Shown piece by piece: positions 59,482-64,000 of a DNA stretch of 64,000 bases. A program made the translations under genes and the position numbers. Under the pieces are notes generated by a model. That model made no database searches. It was not told the origin of the DNA and worked only from the letters and a program-made list of their open reading frames with translations. The stretch is from an uncultured bacterium (GTDB lineage Bacteria > Hydrothermota > UBA3073 > NMUJ01 > CBEVQO01). Position 1 is the first letter of the stretch. Each line of letters begins with the position of its first letter. The DNA lies in the NCBI GenBank assembly GCA_965552055.1, contig CBEVQO010000002.1:128001-192000 (forward strand). The letters run 5' to 3'.

Positions 59482-60402
59482 ATGGGTGCGCTGTTCGGAC
59501 CTGTGCCTTCAAGAAGGCTGAGAATATCTCTTGGAATTGACCTCATTCCATACAAAACATGCACTTTAAATTGCATATATTGTGAATGCGGAAGAACAAC
59601 AAATCTCACAGTAGAGCGAAAAGAATTTATAAGCACAGATAAAGTGATTGATGAATTAAAAAATTTTCTAAAAAATTTACCGGAACTTGATTTTGTAACA
59701 TTTTCAGGTGCAGGCGAGCCAACATTACACACGGGCATCGGCAAAATAATCTCATTTTTGAGGAAAAATTACCACTATAAGGTTGCAGTATTAACAAATG
59801 GCACACTTTTTTATCAAAAAGAAGTTAGAGAAAGTGTAAAAGATGCAGATGTCATATTGCCATCACTTGATGCAGGAACAGAAGAAACTTTCAGAAAAAT
59901 AAATCGCCCACATAAAGAAATAAGATTTAAAAATCTTATCGAAGGACTTAAATTATTGCGAAAAGAATTTAAGGGAGAAATATGGCTCGAAATTTTCCTC
60001 GTAGAAGGGATAAATGACAGTGAAAAAGAAATTCTTGCAATCAAAAAGATAATAAATGAAATATCACCCGATAAAATTCAGTTAAATACAGTTGACAGGC
60101 CACCAGCAGAGAAATGGGTAAAACCGGTAAAGATGGATAGATTGATGGAAATAGCAAAAGAATTGAATGCCGAAATAATAACAAAATTCCAGAAAGATGT
60201 TAAATTTGTAAAAAAGATAGACGATTTAAAAGAAGAAATTTTGAACACACTAAAAAGAAGACCCTGCACAATTGAGGATTTGAAAGAAATCTTCGGAATA
60301 AAAATAATGGAGTTAAACAAAATTCTAAGGGTGCTCGAAAAAGAAGACAAAATCACACAATACAAAGGTAAAAGAGGCACCTTCTATAAAATAAAGCACT
60401 AA
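59482..60402 (+). CDS. radical SAM protein
   Basis: FGPVPSRRL, CTLNCIYC, SGAGEPTL. Confidence 0.9.
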   Translation: MGALFGPVPSRRLRISLGIDLIPYKTCTLNCIYCECGRTTNLTVERKEFISTDKVIDELKNFLKNLPELDFVTFSGAGEPTLHTGIGKIISFLRKNYHYKVAVLTNGTLFYQKEVRESVKDADVILPSLDAGTEETFRKINRPHKEIRFKNLIEGLKLLRKEFKGEIWLEIFLVEGINDSEKEILAIKKIINEISPDKIQLNTVDRPPAEKWVKPVKMDRLMEIAKELNAEIITKFQKDVKFVKKIDDLKEEILNTLKRRPCTIEDLKEIFGIKIMELNKILRVLEKEDKITQYKGKRGTFYKIKH

Positions 60403-60433
60403 AAAACTTCCATGTAATATTAACCTTAATAAA

Positions 60434-60495
60434 TAGAATTGGGTCAAGAAGGGCGAAGCCCTTCAAAAAACCTTTGGGCGGGCGGGTGGGATAAA
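60434..60495 (+). repeat. REP-like hairpin element, family 2, copy 2
   Basis: TAGAATTGGGTCA-AGAAGGGCGAAGCCCTTC-..-TGGGCGGGCGGGTGGGATA. Confidence 0.8.
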
Positions 60496-60499
60496 AATA

Positions 60500-60526
60500 T
60501 TGACACAAAGAAAAAATGAATATAAT
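60500..60526 (+). promoter_or_regulatory. consensus-box promoter, leaderless
   Basis: TTGACA-N15-TATAAT-N5-ATG. Confidence 0.8.
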
Positions 60527-60531
60527 AAAAG

Positions 60532-61143
60532 ATGGATGAATTTGAAAAAATCTGGAAAATACTCGAAAGGATATCAAAAGAACATGAAAAAATCGAAAAA
60601 GAACAGAAAAAATTAACAGAACAACATAAACTAACAGAGAAATCGGTAAACGACTTATCAAAATCCGTAAGTGAATTATCCGAAGAGGTGAAGAAATTGA
60701 CAAGAGAGTTAAAAGGGGTTACCGATGGATGGGGAAGATTTGTTGAAGGCTTTATGGCACCATCAGCTGAAAAGACATTCAGAGATATGGGCTACATCAC
60801 GAAATCAACGCATTTCCGCAGAGTAATAAAGAAAGATGGCGAAGTGATAGGAGAAATTGACATTGTAATACCTGCCTATAAAGAGCAGAAAATTTTATTT
60901 GTAGGCGAAGCAAAAACTTTTGTAAGTTCAAAAGATATTGATGAATTCATCGAAAATATAAAAAATGCAAAAGAAGCATGGGAAGAATACGAGGATTATA
61001 AATTTATTGGATTTATTGGAGGGATGAACTGGGGCGAAGGAGCAGATATATATGCTTTGCGTCAGGGACTCTACATTTTTAAAGTATCAGATGAACAAAT
61101 GAAACTCATCCTGCCAAAAGGATTTAAACCAAAACTGTGGTAA
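60532..61143 (+). CDS. coiled-coil + PD-(D/E)XK nuclease-fold protein (DUF3782-like)
   Basis: Heptad N-terminus; WGRFVEG, EIDIV, GEAKT. Confidence 0.7.
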   Translation: MDEFEKIWKILERISKEHEKIEKEQKKLTEQHKLTEKSVNDLSKSVSELSEEVKKLTRELKGVTDGWGRFVEGFMAPSAEKTFRDMGYITKSTHFRRVIKKDGEVIGEIDIVIPAYKEQKILFVGEAKTFVSSKDIDEFIENIKNAKEAWEEYEDYKFIGFIGGMNWGEGADIYALRQGLYIFKVSDEQMKLILPKGFKPKLW

Positions 61144-62108
61144 AATCAAAAAGAATAAAACCATATCTTTACGAACATCCAGAAATCAAATTAAACTCCC
61201 GCAAAATCCAGAAAGATAAATTTTTAAAAGAAATATTCTGGTTTGATTCGCCGGTAGAAAGTCCACATCCTCAAAACAACACAGCTTACGGCTATATTTT
61301 GAGAAATAATTCAAAAAATCTTTTGATTTTCATTCATGGTTTGCGTGCGAAAAGATGTGATACTTGGGGAAATGCGGGTATAACTTTTATCGATGCAGGT
61401 TTTGATGTTTTATTTTTACGCTTACCCTATCATGGTAAAAGGGCACATAAAAATTATCCTCTTGGGGATTTTTTCCTGCAGGTAAATCCGGTGTTACAGC
61501 TTCAAAATTTTGAGCAGGCGGTTTTAGAAGTAAAACTCTGTATTGATTTTTTCTCAAAGGATTACGATGAGATTTACATAATGGGAACGAGTTTGGGGGC
61601 AATAGTTGGTACAATTGCGGTTGCCCTTGACAATCGCATTAAAAAAGCAGTTTTTGTGAATCTCGGTGGAGATTTCGGGAAGATTGTGTGGAAAGGCGCA
61701 GGACTCGGGGAATTCCGCAAAAGACATTTGAAAGAAGGAGTAACTTATAAAAAATGCAAAAGAACAAGAAGTTATTATGATGATTTCTTACGGGAAGTTA
61801 AAAAATGCAAATCAATAGATGAAATCTGGAATATAGAAATTGAAGGCGAAAGATGTTATCCCTGCAAAGGTTTTAACATACCAAGCGAATGCTACTATGC
61901 AGACCCTCTTACATTTTTAAATTTTGTGAAAATACCTGTGCTTTTGATAAATGGAATCTTTGACCTCACAATCCAATATCCATGCAAAATAAAGGTGATA
62001 GAAAGTTTGAAAGACAAAAAGGTAATATGGCTACCATGTGAACACATCTCAACAGGCATCTTCCACACCATCCTTTTCCAGAAATCCATAAGCTTTTTGA
62101 AAGATTAA
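61137..62108 (+). CDS. alpha/beta hydrolase
   Basis: IHG, LPYHGKR, GTSLG nucleophile elbow, late D and H. Confidence 0.85.
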   Translation: MVKSKRIKPYLYEHPEIKLNSRKIQKDKFLKEIFWFDSPVESPHPQNNTAYGYILRNNSKNLLIFIHGLRAKRCDTWGNAGITFIDAGFDVLFLRLPYHGKRAHKNYPLGDFFLQVNPVLQLQNFEQAVLEVKLCIDFFSKDYDEIYIMGTSLGAIVGTIAVALDNRIKKAVFVNLGGDFGKIVWKGAGLGEFRKRHLKEGVTYKKCKRTRSYYDDFLREVKKCKSIDEIWNIEIEGERCYPCKGFNIPSECYYADPLTFLNFVKIPVLLINGIFDLTIQYPCKIKVIESLKDKKVIWLPCEHISTGIFHTILFQKSISFLKD

Positions 62109-62116
62109 ATTTTACC

Positions 62117-62143
62117 TTGACATCCATGTATCATCACTATAAT
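62117..62143 (+). promoter_or_regulatory. sigma70-like promoter with ~140-nt leader
   Basis: TTGACA-N15-TATAAT. Confidence 0.75.
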
Positions 62144-62288
62144 TTTATGTGAACAATCAAATCTATATATTGAACTCTCTCTCGTAGAGGTATATTTTCA
62201 TCATCCAACTTCTTAAAAGTAAGGTCTCCTCCTGATTTCAATTTATAAGATTTCGGATGCTTACCGTGTTATTCAAAAAGGGGGTGGT

Positions 62289-63857
62289 ATGAAAAAAGTT
62301 TTGATATTTTTAGTGGTGATTGGAGCAATAATAGGCTGTAAACGGGAAACAAAAAATAACGCACCGGAGATACCTGCGATTTCAGGACCCGATAGTGCAG
62401 CTGTGGAGCAGGCGATAACCTTTACAGCAACTTCAACTGACCCTGATGGAGATAGCATTGCGATAAGATTCGATTGGGGCGATGGCGCTATATCTGACTG
62501 GAGTAATTTCGTTTTATCAGGTCAATCAGTATCAATGAGCCACACTTATTCAACTACAGGCACTTACTATGTGAAAGCACAGGCAAAGGACATTAATGGT
62601 GCAATATCCGACTGGTCATCAACACATAAAATTGTAATATATTCAGGGCAAACAGAACAAATAACATGGACAAAAACTTATGGCGGAAGCGATGATGATT
62701 GGGGCTGTTCAGTTCAGCAGACACAGGATGGTGGATATATAATTGCAGGCGTAACTTGCTCTTTCGGTGCAGGTGTAGATAATGTTTATCTCATAAAGAC
62801 AGATGCTTATGGTAATATTGAATGGACAAAAACTTATGGAGGAAGCGGTGAGGATTACGGCTATTCGGTTCAGCAGACACAGGATGGCGGATTCATAATT
62901 GCAGGTGGAACTTTCTCTTTCGGTGCAGGTGAAAGTGATGTTTATCTTATAAAGACAGATGCTAATGGCAATGTTGAATGGACTAAAACTTATGGTGGAA
63001 GCGATTATGATTTTGGCGAGTCAGTTCAGCAGACACAGGATGGTGGCTTCATAATTGCAGGAGAAACAGAGTCTTTCGGTGCAGGCGGTTTTGATATCTA
63101 TGTTATAAAGACAGACGCTTATGGTAATGTTGAATGGACTAAAACTTATGGCGGAAGCAGTGATGATTGGGGCTATTCAGTCGAGCAGACACAGGATGGT
63201 GGATACATAATTGCAGGATACACAGAGTCTTTCGGTGCAGGTTATTATGATGTTTATCTCATAAAGACAGATGCTAATGGTAATGTTGAATGGACTAAAA
63301 CTTATGGCGGAAGCGATTACGATGGAGGCTATTCAGTTCAGCAGACACAGGATGGTGGATACATAATTGCAGGAGAAACTTACTCTTTCGGTGCAGGTGA
63401 AAGTGATGTTTATCTTATAAAGACAGATGCCAATGGTAATGTTGAGTGGACTAAAACTTATGGAGATATCGATCACGATCGGGCTACTTCAGTTCAACAA
63501 ACAAATGACGGAGGCTTTATAATTGCAGGAACTTACTGGTTCGATCCCGGTTATGGTTATGTTTATCTTATAAAGACAAATGTCTATGGCAATGCTGAAT
63601 GGACAAAAACCTACGGTGGAAGTTACCAAGATGAAGGAATGTCAGTTCAACAAACAAAGGATGGAGGCTATATAATCGGAGGATATACTTGCTCTTTCGG
63701 TGCAGGCGGTTTTGATATCTATGTTATAAAGACAGATGCTAATGGAAATGTATCTTCAAAAATTTCTCTAAAAATATCTCGTCAGAATGTAAACCCCATA
63801 CGACGAAATCCGCTACCTCTGAAATTCAGAAAATTAAGAAGGATGCACTCGCATTAA
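62289..63857 (+). CDS. lipoprotein with PKD-like domain and seven ~52-aa beta-propeller repeats
   Basis: Lipobox IIGC; FDWGDG; WTKTYGG..SVQQTQDGG.IIAG..YLIKTD x7. Confidence 0.88.
   Translation: MKKVLIFLVVIGAIIGCKRETKNNAPEIPAISGPDSAAVEQAITFTATSTDPDGDSIAIRFDWGDGAISDWSNFVLSGQSVSMSHTYSTTGTYYVKAQAKDINGAISDWSSTHKIVIYSGQTEQITWTKTYGGSDDDWGCSVQQTQDGGYIIAGVTCSFGAGVDNVYLIKTDAYGNIEWTKTYGGSGEDYGYSVQQTQDGGFIIAGGTFSFGAGESDVYLIKTDANGNVEWTKTYGGSDYDFGESVQQTQDGGFIIAGETESFGAGGFDIYVIKTDAYGNVEWTKTYGGSSDDWGYSVEQTQDGGYIIAGYTESFGAGYYDVYLIKTDANGNVEWTKTYGGSDYDGGYSVQQTQDGGYIIAGETYSFGAGESDVYLIKTDANGNVEWTKTYGDIDHDRATSVQQTNDGGFIIAGTYWFDPGYGYVYLIKTNVYGNAEWTKTYGGSYQDEGMSVQQTKDGGYIIGGYTCSFGAGGFDIYVIKTDANGNVSSKISLKISRQNVNPIRRNPLPLKFRKLRRMHSH
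62667..63752 (+). repeat. seven tandem 156-bp coding repeats
   Basis: TGGAC(A/T)AAAAC at 62667, 62823, 62979, 63135, 63291, 63447, 63600. Confidence 0.92.
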
Positions 63858-64000
63858 AAAATTTAATACGGAATTCAAAAATTTTAAGAAATGATTCAAA
63901 AGGATAGCATATAAGTGCATTTAATCTCGCAGGATACGGAAGCAGGGGCTTAAACACACGCATTAATCTATCTTCTGACCGGTAAACACTTACATTCATA

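Noticed and set aside
62144..62288. Long leader as a riboswitch
   Set aside because: No recognisable aptamer or terminator
62667..63752. 156-bp repeats as a CRISPR array or DGR
   Set aside because: In-frame coding repeats; no RT or separate template repeat in the window
63820..64000. Minus-strand open frame at the right edge and a CTCGCATTAAAA match to family 1
   Set aside because: Too short to support either a CDS or a repeat copy

Overview
AT-rich, very compact bacterial chromosomal segment. Several secreted proteins end in a T9SS-type sorting domain, which suggests an FCB-related lineage such as candidate WOR-3 (inference only). Housekeeping genes are mnmG, glyQ, sppA, leuS, alr, accD, hslU/hslV and an Mrp/NBP35 ATPase. 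Accessory loci: (i) a tandem-duplicated MoxR-type AAA+ ATPase / DUF2201 metallopeptidase-vWA cassette in which one peptidase copy has lost its catalytic Glu; (ii) signalling modules made of two MCP-like receptors each behind an exported binding protein, a HAMP-PP2C phosphatase with YfiR and substrate-binding partners, and three STAS proteins; (iii) three Uma2 nucleases on an exact 574-bp period inside hslVU; (iv) DOMON-like secreted proteins and a 7-repeat propeller lipoprotein. The strongest non-coding signals are about 20 sigma70-like promoters with a nearly invariant 15-bp spacer, mostly placed 5-6 nt before a start codon (leaderless), and two families of dispersed GC-rich structured elements next to those promoters. 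No rRNA, tRNA, CRISPR array, integrase or transposase was recognised. Several starts are revised from the ORF track using RBS or promoter position.
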